NCBI GenBank assembly: GCA_046563655.1
Contig: CM102288.1
Location: forward strand, 3,720,001-3,784,000
DNA: 64,000 nt
DNA from: Yuukianura sp. NJ FZ-2021
Lineage: Eukaryota
Direction: 5' to 3'
Made by a program: the position numbers and the translations under genes. The notes beneath the pieces are model-generated. The model saw only the letters and a list, made by a program, of their open reading frames with translations. It ran no database searches and had not been told where the DNA came from. Shown here in pieces: positions 26,301 to 40,136 of this stretch (position 1 is the first letter of the stretch; the number at the start of each line of letters is the position of its first letter).

Positions 26301-29300
26301 ACTTTTGATTTTAAGCTTTTAGAAAGATTTATTGAGGAAAGGGATTGAGGTAGTCTTGATTTATTGACAATTTGAAATCAACTGAGCAGAGAAAAGTGGG
26401 GAGATCAATTCCCCCGAAATGGGGATCTGTTCCCCAGAGATATTCCACTCACCCGCATACCTCTCAGTTCCCGTTTGTAGAAGGAATGAAATCGTGTATG
26501 ACGAATGGACTTTCCCCTAGCTTTCTCCTGGCCAGAGTCAAGAGGTCTCCGTAACTCACCAAGCAGAAAGGGCTTAGGGCCCTTAGCAACCCATATCCAC
26601 TCCACCAGGCACTGCGAATGATAGGGGCCCTTAAGTCTCCAATCCAGAGTTAGACACCTAAGCTTTCGATCTCTCACGAGCCAAAGTTAAGTCCAACTTT
26701 AATCCCAAGAATTCGACTCCTGAACCAAGAAAAGTGATCAAACTTTCTCCCAAAAACGGGGTTTTCGCGGAATGGTTCATTTTCGAAAAAAAGATTATGA
26801 AGGAAAGACCAATCAGAAAACGGCTTTGTTCTGTATTAGCAGAAATGGAGTTCATTACTTAAGTTGTCAAAAAGCAGGAGGAGAAAACGATATTGTGTTT
26901 TGTTCATTTTGTGTTGGATTCGGAGCGATTTCAGAGAGATTTCAAAATGTCTGTCCATAAATCAAAATGAATCTTCTAACTGCATTCTACCAAAATTTAT
27001 TACCACTAAAGTCATCATTTCTCTCCAACTTAAAAAAAAGAAACCAGAAAAAACGTTGTTTTTTTTGAAAATTTGAAACCTTTTCAGCTTTCTATTCTTT
27101 TCTGAGGTAGCGAGTTCGATTCCACGTGCCGATTGTCAGAATTTGGCCAAGAAGAAACTGTGATGCTTCTTTTTAATCACTAAGCACCTTATCGTTTCTT
27201 TTTGTTGTAAAATTGAGCCAATTGAATAGATAAAGCATAAAAAATATAAATATATATAAAATATAAATGAAAAAATATATAAAACGTGTAGATACAATTT
27301 TGAGAATTCTGGGGCGTAAAATTTTCTGTTTAAGGTTTGTTGAGCCTAATTTGCTTTCTTTTGTGTTAGGTTAGGTCTTGAAAAGTAAAGTTATGTCGAA
27401 ATAGTTGTAATAATTTATTAAGTTGAAATAAATTGTAATAATTTATTTGAATGCATCTTGAAACTGATCTTGGAGGTTCCCTTTGTTCTGGAAAAGATGA
27501 AAGAGAGACGAGAGTGAAAGCTACACTTTCTCCGTGTCTTTTAAGTCCCCCCCCCTTAAGTCCCCTGAGACTCCACGTAGTGATAAAGAAACACAAGGAA
27601 CATGAAACATCTACACCTTCCAAATCCTACAGCCCTTCAGTCACTCTGTTGTCTTACTTAACTTCCACAGTGGGCTGCATTCACAAATTTCGGATTCGAA
27701 AAGCGTCGAGGGCTCAAATTTTTGAATTTTTGTAATTTACATAATCATGAATCTCCACAACGATTTAGTAACCTAGGCTAAACTTGGCAACTGGTAGCAT
27801 AGCATGCCTGTTGAAGAATTTGCACTTTTGTTGCTGAGTTTTTTGAAATTGGCTCTGTACATTTCCTGTTCCGTCTGCAGCGTTCCGTGGAGAAAGTCTT
27901 TGTGAAGATCGATCATTTCTACAATAGGAATTACTCTGGCAGAAGCCAGCAGACCATTATCAGTGCTAAGGGGATTGGAAACTACAAATGTGGCAGGTCA
28001 AACCAAAGGTCAAAGGTTACAGTTCTTCAATGTATAGTCGCAAAATCAAAATTTCTTCATTCCAAACCAAAAGCACTACGGTCTGCTTTTTTCCGAGTTT
28101 TTTTTTGAAAAGTAGAAAATTGAACAGTGTGATTCGTAAAATCGACATGGATGAATGGGTAAAAGGAAGGAACAGAAGAGCGGAAATTGTATTTTCAAAA
28201 AGAGAGGGAAGTATGAAAAACGCAAAAAGATACACAAAAAAAGTACGGAGAAATTGTGTGCCTGGAGGCACGGAAATTTGATTTCTGTTTACTTTCTCCT
28301 GTCGCTTTCTTCTTCTTCTTTTGATTGACTCAAGACTGTTCCGTAGTAGGCAGCTAATGGGGCGAACACTCCCGTCACTCCGGGCTATACTGTACATTTA
28401 GCAAAAGTAAAAGTAAAACCTATCTTTTTGATGTCTGCCAAAAAAATTGTAGGTAAAATCTTTGAGATTTTGCACAGCTTGAGTAATCTGCTCGTCGATA
28501 TTTAATATAAAGCGATTTTAAGAGAATTTGGAACTTGAGCTTTTCAGTTTTCACTAAATTTTTCGAGGATTTGGAAAACACGGGTTTCCCACTAGACTTT
28601 TTTTTGAACTACCAGTATCTTCAGGTTCCATTTCAGAGATTTTTTGAAGATTTTCAAAAAAAAATTCCTGGAAAATCACTACACTCTAAGTGTGAGAGCG
28701 TGAAAGTGGAAGTTATTGCATCAGGCGCAGGAGAAAGTGCAAAGGAAAATGGATCTGCTCTGGTTCCATTTTGAAATTTTTTACATTTTACAAGATCTTC
28801 CACTTTTCTAAAAAAAGAAACCGTGTTTCTTCCATTTCGTATTTTTTTTTATTCTGGGTTTTTCAAAATTCCAAAATCTGGAAATTTTGAAAACGAGTAC
28901 ATGGAATAGTAGTGCTCTCTGAGGATAGTTTTATTAGCATCCCATTTGACTTTCAGCGCTTCCACTCTTTCCTCTTGAATTTTTCATATGCTACAATGGG
29001 ACGCTGGAATCGCTGCTGGAAATGGTGATGAGCTGGAAGCAAATGGAATGGAATTGGCTAAACAGATACTAACGACACGGCTCTCCGATTTCAAATTCAA
29101 ACTACCCGCGTCGCATATGTTACCGAGCTTTTTTGTCCATTTCCTTTAAAAACGTTTTCGAAAAACAAACTCCTCAACTTAAGGTTGAAATTTTGGATCT
29201 GCCTTGCTTCAACCAAAAGATTTAAGCAAAAACCACAAAATTTGTTGAGAAAACTATTCTTGAACTTAAGCTGACATAAAATTGCTTTTTGTGGTTTTGA

Positions 29301-32300
29301 AAAATTCCTTGAACTTGAAAGTTTAGAACCTTTGAAAGGTATTAGGTGGTGGATTATAATGGTTGTGGTTTTCCTTAAGTGGGATTCTTACCAAAAACTT
29401 AGTTTTAATCTGATTTTAAGCTTATAAGATTCTGAAGTGAAAGTGATTTTCAATTGCCCTCCTCAAAATTTCCACATTTCGAGATTCATTCTGGAACCCA
29501 CAAAGAAAGTGGAGAAAGTTTGAATTTCACGCCCATGAAAGTTTGTTTGGCATAGAAGAAGAAGTGACAGGAATTGGCTCCATTCACACCAGCCCCACAA
29601 AGTTCTCCGCCCCCTGTCATCTTCATCTGTCATTGAGAGTGGCATTATAACTTTTGTTCTCCTTTCCAGGAACTTTTTGTGTCCTCCAAACCATCATATA
29701 GCCTAACATACGGTTATACCATAACCTAACCTTAAAAAACCTAATCTGAAACCTAACGGAAAGCCTTTAAAGAGCAGAAAAGTAGAAAAAGTTGACAGGG
29801 AAAACGGTTTAGTTTTGGTAACTTTTTCACACACGACTTTTTCAACTCAAAAATCGCACCGCACCACACGTTTCGTGACCGAGCGGGGAGCGGGAGAAAG
29901 TTTGTCAAGTTATATGAAAAATTTTTTTGGAAATTTTTCTTTTTCGAAAAAAGAAGGCCAATGTGATTGTGAAGCCAAAGAGGAACCTTTTGTGTCGTTG
30001 ATGTGTTGAGGGCGTGAGTTATGAAAAGAAAGTGAAAGCAGACGCTTGTGCTTGACGCCAAATTGATTAGAAAACTGCTACGTTTTCACGGCCGTTTTTT
30101 TTGAAAACAGCAAAAGGGAAAGTGCCATCAAGCATGAAAAATGCCTTCGTAAATTCGTTTGCTCACCAACCTACGTCCAAGCTTCATAGTGTCGGTCACA
30201 AGGACGGAGAAAATGCCCTCCGGGCAAATTTCCTTATTTTCAAATTCGCATGGGAAGTTTTCCCGCGTTTCCGGAGAAACTTTTCGCATTTTAGTTACAT
30301 TCCAGAGGTCAAGGTTATCCACTTTCCACCCTTAGGGTGGTTGACCTCTTATTTGCTTTTTACCAAAACGTAACTTCCTGCATTTGTGTCAAAACTCAAA
30401 ACTACAACGTGATAGAGGCGAAAATTGAAAACTTTCTTTATTTACAAAACTTTTGAAAAACCAGAAAAAGTGAAAGGTGAAAGAATTTCTCTACTTTTTT
30501 TTTTATTCTAGTGCTAAAAAATCTGTTTATTCTTTGTTTCAGGCCGCTGATTTATGTGTCAGCCTTGCCCTGGCACTACTCTATTCTCGCCTGTCCATCG
30601 TCAGTTGGCTCTTGGTGGCAACCTATGACCTCTTCAGAACACTTCGGACGCAGTCTGGTCTCATCGACTCTCCGCCGCCATCACTCGGAGGAATATTTGT
30701 CAAATATTCTATCGTCGGATGGGCACTGCCAGCACTTCCTCTGGTCATGGCCATCCTCCTTCAGGTGAGATCTTAACATGAAATGTTAGGCTAAAAGGAA
30801 AATGTTAGGCTATTCTACAGGTAAAGACGTCAAGTTAACCTAACGCCTACGTCAGAATAGAGAAGACGACTTGAATTCCAGTCCTTGTTCCGGGTGATGT
30901 GCAGAATAAATTGAGGCCATTTCTCTCTTTGATCTTTCCAACTTTCTTTTCTTCAAGTGTGCTTCCAAAGAGGATAAAAGTATACCGAATTCGGTCGAGT
31001 AGAAAATGGATTCCAAATTTCGATTTTTTTTAGTCTTCACGGTTTTTTTTTCCAAAAATTTTATAACGACATACTTCTGTAAGCGACAGGCGTAATCCAA
31101 CCGGTAACAGGAGTAAACTACACTCTTCAAAGAATTTTTGTTTTCACCGAATTTACTGTCTCTTTTAAATTGAAATTGACAGTGATAGAATTTCAAAAAG
31201 AAAAAAAATGAAATTTTTTCAATCCGGAAAAACTTTCATCGTTAAAAAGCTTCTGAAAATTTATGTTGACACGAAACTCGCCAAAGATTTTCTCAGATTT
31301 TTGTGACCACTCGGATTCGACCACAGCTTAAACACAAAACTTTTTTTTAACGCCCACTCCCGCTTTTTTTCAAACACAAAAAAATGTCAATACATTTTCA
31401 GTGATTTAGGATCCATGTTTCACAATTTAAGAAAAGTCCAAAAAAGAGAAAGTTTTTGGGAATTGAAAACGCACGAGCAACAGAACTTCCCTCTCTACAT
31501 GTCTGCTTGTACCGTTCAAACTCTGATTTATAGTTTTTCAAACTTTTTTCAACTTTTTTAAAAATCACACTTTTCTAAACTTTTTTTTTAGAACGGGGAA
31601 TCAGGTGGTTTGGGTGAAAGTGCTGCAGTGACACTTCGGTCTCGAAATTGTTGGTTTCCGTCTCCAAGGACTTTTACGCTCACTTTCCTCGTTCCCTATT
31701 GGATCCTCCTCAGCCTCACTGTCTACTACTGCGTTAGAAACGTCTTTGCTATTCGACTTGCTGCAGCATTCGCACCTTCTAGAAAAGTAAGTTTTTCAAA
31801 ATTTTGAAACCAAAATTTTACTTTGGAATTAGAGTTTTACAAAAAGTCCTTTAGTTCTGTACAAAGGAAACATAACTCCGCTTCTGAGTATACAAAGCCT
31901 CGGGGTTTCGCTTTCCATTTTCATAAAATTTTGAGTTTGTCTTAATGAAAGTGAAAGCCAACGCGGGGAGTCTCGGTTTCAAAAAAAAAGTTTTTGCGTT
32001 ATTACGGTTTTGTGAATAGAAAATGAAAGGAAAAGGAACCCTGAGGCTCTACTCCTACTTTCACTAAAACCTTTATGTAATCTCAGCCGCATATTTTAAA
32101 AAAATGGAGACAGTTCCATACGCTCATTAGTGATTCGTGTTATTTCGTTTTCAAAAAAAATTGTGAATTTTTGAAAGTAAAATGAAAGACAAAATCAATA
32201 TTCTACTGAAAACGGCATAAAAAGACATCATTTAAATTTGAGTGATTTCTGGAGAAAAATTATGCATGTTCTGTTTTCTTTTTCGAAAGTTGCTTTTGAA

Positions 32301-34139
32301 ATTTGATGATTTCTTTTTGAAGTTTGGGCTTTTTTGAAATTTTTGCATAAGTTTCTTTTGTGTTTTATTATCACTTTGACTTTGAGTGTGAAAGTAAGAG
32401 CTAAATGCTTGAGAGTCTTGAGGCAGCACTCGACGGTTCTTAGGCCTTTGATTTTGAGACTTTGAAGAAAGTTAGGTTAACCTTAACTAAAATTTCATTA
32501 AAAAATTTGCATTTCGGATTCTTTTAAAGTTGACCCCTTAAGGGCCCCAATTCCACTTTCGCTTTCATTTTCCTGCGGTCATGGAATTAATGAAATAATT
32601 TTCTACCTTATAAGTTGAAAGAGAGAAAGCATGCCTTGGAGAAATGCTGAATGATCAAAGGAATAAATTCCGTCTGTCTAAGCAGCTTGACACGCAAATT
32701 TGGTCACATTTGTGTCAACAGTCAAAACGTTCAACAGCAAAATGCTCAATTTCAGATTAAAACCAAAGTTAGAGAGTCTAAAAGAATTTCAACTCCACTA
32801 GATTTTTTAAATAAAAAAAAAATTTGAATAAAAACCAAAATCTTCAGTTATAAATGCCAAATTTGTTAGTTTCTCAGAAATAAGTGATAGAATGAGCACA
32901 TTAAATTAATGTTAAATTAATTTTTATTAATGTTATTTTAATCATTTTTGGTATATTATTTAATTAGATATTATGTGCTGCATGAAACAAAGTTCTCAAA
33001 TGTCAAAGAACTTTTCGTGTATTGATTCAGCTGGTTCAAAGCAGACTTTCTCTCAGCGTTTTCCCAAAAAATTGAAACTTTCACCAAGAAAAACACACCG
33101 ACTTACTTTCTTGACATAAAGGAAATTGTAATTTCGGATTTCCAAAACCAGTCTCCCGCTTTATGAAATTTTAAAAATCAAGGAAGGCCTTTGAATTTTT
33201 TTTTCAGAACGTGAGGAATTGAGAGTAGTTTTGAAAGTTGAGTGGACTTGAAAACAGAAGAGTGTATTCTCAAGTTCCCTTTGTTCTTTTACGGCGGGAA
33301 GTTTTGAGAAAGGAAGGAAGTGGAGTCTAATTTCCATTAGAAAAGGAGACGTTTCGGTCCTTAATTTTTTGGCAAATTGAAAAGGAGAGAGAAAACTCTG
33401 TTTTCTCCCGCCTTAAAATTTCTCTCTTAAAAGAGGAAGAGAAAAGGGAAGGTGAAGGAGAAAATTAAATTCTTTTGTTTGATTAGATTCACAACTTTTG
33501 GAGTTGGAGCAGCGATCGCTTTCAGCTAGCATTAGAACAAGAAAAACCTAAACTAAGTTAAACGTAGAAAGTGGAAATGGGTTTAGTTACTCCCTTCACC
33601 TTAATTACTCAAAGACAATGGACATGGTAGGGAACGTTCTGAATAATTTCTAGCACGGAACTTTCCAAATCTTCCGGATCATTTCACTTTCTCCAAACTT
33701 TCACCATTTCCAAAATCACAAAGGAAAATCATGGAAATTTAAATTTCAGACATTAGTTATCCTAAAACTTGAAATTTCAAATATTTAAATGTGATTTTGA
33801 TCACAGGTTCAAATCAAGCTGACGCGCAGACGCCGTCTGCAACTGCTCCTGTTCGTGCGGATTGTGCTGTACATTGGTCTGGTGATTTCATTTGGTGGAC
33901 TTTCTCTTCTGCTGGACTCCCATTTGACCTGGATGCTGTTTGGAGTGGGATCGGCCCTTCAAGGGATCTTTGTGGCCCTGTCTGTCACATGTAATTGCCA
34001 AGTGCTCAAACTGTACACAAAGTCCCTGCAGTCCTCTGCCGGTGGACTGTCCTATGGCACTAGTGGCATGGGCATTGAAATGGCCAAGTCCAGCAGTCTC
34101 CAACTGCTGACATGGGATCCTCTTCCGGACTCTGTCTAA
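17349..34139 (+). CDS. Orphan secretin/adhesion/Methuselah-like (7tm_2) GPCR, ~336 aa, 5 coding exons with multi-kb introns
   Basis: Exons 17349-17503, 25813-25918, 30543-30764, 31592-31786 and 33807-34139 join in frame (1011 nt). Class-B-like motifs: SLSLVGLVFAFITYSLFSDLRSAAG, LLNLLASLFLTQLLF, YSIVGWALP, NCW, LQGIFV. The exon at 25813 is absent from the ORF track. Confidence 0.82.
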
Positions 34140-35901
34140 CCTAACCAACTTAACTTCCGTAACCAAACCATCAGTGTTGCTGGATATCCACTTTTTTAGC
34201 ATTTCATCCAGGTTATATTCACTGGATAAATGGATAAATTCGAAGAAAATCAAGGTTCCGATGGACGCAATTGAGTTTCGTCCGGAAGAAACCATGCAAA
34301 TCCGGATATATCCACCACTTTCGAGGAGAGTGGAAGAAATATTTTATCCATCCAGCTAACCATAATCTGACGATCACAATCAACAGAATAAAGTTACAAC
34401 CAGCATAAATTTTCCCCCAACCCACTAATCTTTTAAGTTAAACTTAATTATGATTTGTTATTTTAATTATAATTGTAAATTAAGAAGTAAAGTTAAGTAC
34501 AAATAGTTAAATATTCAACCAATATAAAACAGTTCCGAGTGCATAAGAAATTTAAAACAATGTGGTGACTAAAGTCACGTCAAACCTGATTCTGTACCTT
34601 TGCAATGCTTTTAAGTTTTAAGTTGAGCATAGTTAATTTTAAATTAACTGTAATTAAAAGTATTATTAACGTAAGTAAAGTATCGAAATTTGTGCTAAAT
34701 GAAAAAGAGGTGGTGATAGATACAGCAAGATCCGCAATTCTCAAACATTCGACAAAAATTAAAAGTGTGAGGGATGAAAAGTCTACTTTTTAAAAAGTGT
34801 TTTTTTTTTGGCAATTTTTTCCTTGAACATTGAACTGAATTGCATGTTTTTTCAATTTCGCTGCCGAAATTAGTGTTGCTTTAAAAACGTAATAGAAATT
34901 GAGCTGAATTGCAGTTTTTTTTTTCAATTTTCCCTAGTGGAATGAGTTTTGTCTTAAAAATGAGTTTGCTGAGTGGGGGCTTAAGTGTTTGGGAAGATGA
35001 GTTTGTTGAGGGAAGTTGTATTTGAAGTTGTTTGTAGTGTTTGGTGTAAGATGGGAATTGGGCTTGGTGAAAATGGACTTTTCATTAAAAACAATCCCTT
35101 GTTTCCATCCTAAACTTAAGGTTTACTTTCCACTTTCTCCCCAGAGTGAAAGTGGAGAGTAAACAAGGAAAAGCTCACTAGATGAAATCGACAGTAACGT
35201 AAGATCATCATGATGGAAAGTAAACACGGCACAGAGATAACATCAAAGGCTCCTCTGTGACCTCCACAGGTCACGGCCAAAATAACTCAACCAAAATCAA
35301 CATAACTTCTATTAAAAAACACACTCCACAAACCTAATGTCTAACTTTGTATAATCCACTCCAAAAACCGAAAGCCGACACATAAGCCTAACATTACTTC
35401 GCCTATGTTGACTACGTTTACTAAATTTTGAAAGTTTCGAAATTTTGAAGACGAGATGTTTTTAAATGTGCAACACTTTTGAAACATTTGAGACAAGATT
35501 TTGTAAAACTTTGCATTCCTAGAAACTGTTTGTGTTTATTTACTTGTTCTAAACTTTAAAAATAAGTTTGAAATGACACAAGGTCTTTCTTTTCTTATTT
35601 GAACTAGAGGGATGGTGTCTTTTTTTTGAAATTCGAAAATTGTTTAAACAAATTTCAATTGGAGAACTTTTTCAGCCCCATCGTCTTCGTTTCCTCTTCC
35701 ATCGTGTTTGAGGTCTTAAGAGATTTCCATTTCCTTTTTGCAAGTCTTAAGAAACGAAAGTGACAAATGCTCTCTAGAGAAAGCACTTTCTAAAATTTCA
35801 AAATCTGTTGACGAACAATTGTAACGGGAAACGATTTTTCAAGTTTATTTAAACAATGTATTTCTGACAAAACTGGTTTTAAATTTCAGAGGCTGTGATT
35901 T

Positions 35902-36882
35902 TTAAAAGTAGGTGAGTGGGTAATGGGAGTCAAAAGCATCAGCGATAACGGCGTCAATGTCTTGGGTCAGAGGTTGTTGACCTTGGGGTTGATTTTGAAA
36001 TCCACGGAAGTGATTGGGTGATGACTTGTGCTGGTGGCTGCTGATTGGTCGCTGAGTTTGAGGTGCCGCGGTAGGTCGTAGGTCCCAGTTCTGATAATTG
36101 TCATCGAGGCGACGATGGCCTTGACCTTGCTGAGGTTGGTGCTGCTGTGGATTTTGAAATTGCGCAGTCTGATGTTGGTTATTTCTAAATTGGTGTGCCT
36201 GATGCTGCTGATTTTGAAATTGGTGTGCCTGGTGTTGCTGATTTTGAAACTGTTGAGGTTGGCGTTGCTGATTTTGAGATTGCTGTGCCTGATGTTGCTG
36301 ATTTTGAAACTGTTGAGGTTGGCGTTGCTGATTTTGAAATTGCTGTGCCTGATGTTGCTGATTTTGAGAATGTTGATGTTGGTGCTGCTGATTTTGAAAT
36401 TGGTGTGTTTGTTGCTGATTTTGAAATTGTTGAGGTTGGCGCTGCTGATTTTGAAATTGGTGTGTCTGGTGCTGCTGATTTTGAAATTGGTGTGTCTGGT
36501 GCTGCTGATTTTGAGGTCGGTGTGCCTGGTGCTGTTGCTGATTTTGAGTTTGAGAGATTGGCTGTTGCTGAAATTGCCTGATTTCCCTTTGAACTGGCGG
36601 AAATTGAGCTTGGTGTTGTCCAGGATTGTTCCAGAAGGCCTTACCCAGACCAGAAACTACAATAGCGGATTAATTGAATGTTTTGAATAAGAATTAAAAA
36701 TTTTAATTAAGAATTTTTTAATTCCATTTTAATTAATGACTCTCACCGGCCGGATTTTCTCCTTGTTGCCGCTGATTTTGACCTTGACTAACAAACTCTT
36801 CTCCAGCGTTTCTCAAATGTTCAAGGCCATTGACCCCTGAAAGTAAAGTGACCACGATGACCCCAATAATTATAGTTTCCAT
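35902..36882 (-). CDS. Secreted Gln/His-rich tandem-repeat protein, ~296 aa, 2 exons
   Basis: Exon 1 (36882-36747) reads METIIIGVIVVTLLSGVNG-LEHLR..., a signal-peptide-like start. A phase-1 GT-AG intron (36746-36657) follows. Exon 2 (36656-35902) is open throughout and ends ...DAFDSHYPLTYF-TAA. It carries about 13 copies of QNQQHQxxQF / QNQQRQPQQF. Confidence 0.8.
36135..36546. repeat. Coding 30-bp tandem repeat, ~13 copies
   Basis: A unit like gctgattttgaaattggtgtgcctggtgtt recurs every 30 nt (one unit is 27 nt) and encodes the Q/H decapeptide on the minus strand. Confidence 0.9.
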
Positions 36883-39800
36883 GTTCTGGATTTGAGATGT
36901 TTGTGAATCAACGGAGTCGGAGTGTCTGGACGTGCCTGAGGTACAGTTGAGACTGGTTTTTGCCCAGGAGAGAGTGACCTATGCATGTCCATGTTGTATA
37001 GTTACTCCCTCCGGACATTCATTAACTCTCACTACTTCGTAAGGCTTTGAACTATGTGCCAAAACAGGTTTTTGACCATGGGCTATTCGTCAAAACAAAC
37101 AAATTGACAGCTCAAACTCAACTTTTTTTGCTTCATTAGACACCTGCACAATTTTTGCACAAAATTTAGACACAAAATTACCTTTCACTAAAAAAGTTGG
37201 CAAAGAACAACAAATTTACATGAGAAAATGGGTACGAGCCGCTCAAATTTATGTTTTTGCAAAATATGACCTTAACATGCTACTCGTGACACCCGACTGA
37301 AGATGAATTCCAAAATTTTAAAATTTTCTGTGAATTTCAATTTTGGAAGTCAATTAAAAGCTGCTTATTAATTTACGTTTCCCCGAAAAACAATTTGTGT
37401 AGAGAAGAGACACTGAAAGATAATGAAGTCTGTGTCCTTTGTGACACGTTTAAAAAGTGACTCTTCCATTTCATTTCTCATCAAGCTCCAAATTGAATTA
37501 ACTTTCTTCAAGGCTTCCAGCACTTTCACCTTCCCAGGTCAAAGGTCACACGTGGACTCGTATCATAAATTAATCAAATAGCTGCGGCTTCTACTCAAGG
37601 CAAATGATGCTCATCCCACTCAAAAACACTTTTCATTATGCTGCCTTTCAAAGCAGGCAAAATGTAAATTGAATTCTACATTACTACCTACACAACGCTG
37701 ACACTGAAAATTTTGAAAGCATACTCAAGCTTTTTTCAAGAAAGAAAGTTTCCAAAATTTGCTTGTTGTAAGAAAATTTTCTCCAGAGATGTTCGAATAA
37801 TTTCGACATTTGGAAAGTGAAGTGAAAGTAGGAAATTCATTAATTAGTATTCAAAATTCATTGTTTTTTGATTAATTATTGATTAATTGAGTAAGATGAG
37901 TTTAGTTTTTGTTGAAGTAAGGAGAGCCAAGGGACTGACTAAACCTTGGAAGGGAGTTAAGGGCCCTGGAGCTGCTTGGATAAGGGATCTCTCTAGTCAT
38001 GAATTTAAATCAACTTTAAATGAATGGAGAAACTTAAATTTAGACAAAAGAAAGTGAATGAAAGAAAGTCGACATCTTCGCAGAAAGTGCGCGTAGGTTT
38101 CAATTTTGAAGTGGACAAGAATTCCAAATTTGATTTGCATTTTCTCATTGTTTTTTTTAAACATTTCAGAGCTTAACTTTTACAGAAGAACTTCATAATT
38201 AAACAATAGATACTCGGTGGTTGCAATTTAGTCAACTGCAAAAAGGTCAACAAAAAAATAAAAACCAAAAAAGCTTAATTTTTTTTCTCGAAAAAATCGA
38301 ACTTTTGAATTTTAGATTCTCACTTACTAAAACGCCAACTAAACCACATAATTAACTATCTCAACATGAGAACAATTTATATAAAGTTTTTTGGAGTGAA
38401 CGATAGCCGTTTTTGAAATTGTAATTCCGTAACTGTTGAGCTAGTTGCATGTTGACCATTTAGGAGTTGAGCTAAAGCACTTTTGATCAAGGAAGTTTTT
38501 GGAATAAAATTAATTCAACGAGGTCGTCAATCTCTTTCTCTTTAGTTCTACTTCAAAATTAAGTTCGAAAATGTTCTGAATTCAAAAATAGACAATTTGG
38601 AAGTAGAGTGAGATGAGCCGAAAGGAACTGGAGAAAGTTCAGTTGAGAAAATTAAGCAAAAGGAGCATTTCCTCCAGCAATTTCCAAATTTTTTAGAAGT
38701 CTAGTCACATCTTTGATAAATTCAAAGAGAACATTCCACTGGACTCCGCTGGAGCTGAAACGGAATCCTTTAATTTACGACACGCATTTTTCAGAGAACA
38801 TGGAAACAGAATTAGTACTACAGAAGCGTCGAGGCATGAAAACGTAAAGCCATGGAAGTTTCTACTCCGTCGAAAGCCTCTGGACCAAAAAAAAAACCGC
38901 CAAAAGATGAACTTTTCAAAAACTTCCTGTCATTTCCGAAAATTGAAAAGGCAAAGACAAAAAGTCAAAAAGTTAGCACGGTTGAACACCAATGAATTCC
39001 GCCGTTTTACTTTCTTAACCAACCACGCAGAACAACATGCAACAAGTCAAGAAACTGCAAAATTTTGCAAAAGATAAAATAAAAGTTGGCAAACAGATTG
39101 AAATTTTTGCCAAGTAAAAATGTAGTGCGTCCTCTAGAGAAAACTGAGGTTAATTTTTGCAAACTTAAATTCACTATAACATGTTCTTTCTGCAGGCAGG
39201 AAAATTTGCAAAAATTTCCACTTTTTAGCAAACTTTTGACAAAAGTGGACTTCATTTTTCAAAAAGGAAAGTTTACTTCCGTTTTAAAGGTGTAATGTAA
39301 TTTCCGGTGGAGAAAGTAGTTGGAGCCCTCCTGTACTAATTGGGAGGGAAATTTTGAAATTTGAGTGTCCCTGTCCCTTTTGTTGGAAAGTTGTTTTGAA
39401 AAGGAAGTTTCCAATTTGATTAGCCGTTGTTCCTTGTTCTAAATATTTTGAAAGCCATGTTCCTGTTCTAAATATTTTGAAAGCTAAAAAGTTTGCTACT
39501 AGTCTGACAGCTTCCCACAAAGGGAACACGGTGTTTTTGCACCAACGTTCGACAACCATTAATCCTGGTACGCTCTTAATTCAATGAGAAAGCTCTCCAA
39601 CTTTCTCCGCCTAAAATCAACAGGGACGTCAACTTAACTTTGTACACTTACTACTTCATTTTACAAATTTACTAAGTCATTTTCAAAATTCTGAAAACTC
39701 AAAATTAAATTAACTCCAAACTTCATGTCCAATAGCCAAAAATTCACCATCAGCACAAAACTTGGAATTTTTTAACCAAAGACGGCAGTTTCCTAAAGCC

Positions 39801-40136
39801 TAACTTTACAAATTAAATTCCAACATTAATTTATTTTTGTAATTTTTTTAAAAATTTGTTACGAATGTCGGAAACAATTAGAAGTGAAGAATGACTGTGT
39901 GAGGGTGTGGTTTAAGAATTAAGGGGGAGCAATAAATCTAAAATGCTGTCAACAAAATTGGATTTAGGCGGAAAGGTAATAACAGTAAACAAGTCAGAGT
40001 GCTGGTTTTTCAGGAAACGTTTCAACAACTGCCTTCCACACTCTTACTTAATTTACGACTTCCAATATTCCAGCATCTTCCAAATTTGTTACAAATTAAG
40101 TATCCTGCAACTATTAACCTATGCCAGATTCTAAAA

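Noticed and set aside
17504..33806. Many 60-135 aa ORFs inside the GPCR introns as nested genes or transposon ORFs
   Set aside because: F/K/L-rich translations of A/T runs, with no recognisable domain or consistent splice structure.
36115..36690. Plus-strand 191-aa Leu-rich and 128-aa acidic ORFs
   Set aside because: Antisense shadows of the repeat. The minus-strand frame has a signal peptide, a canonical intron and unique flanking coding sequence.
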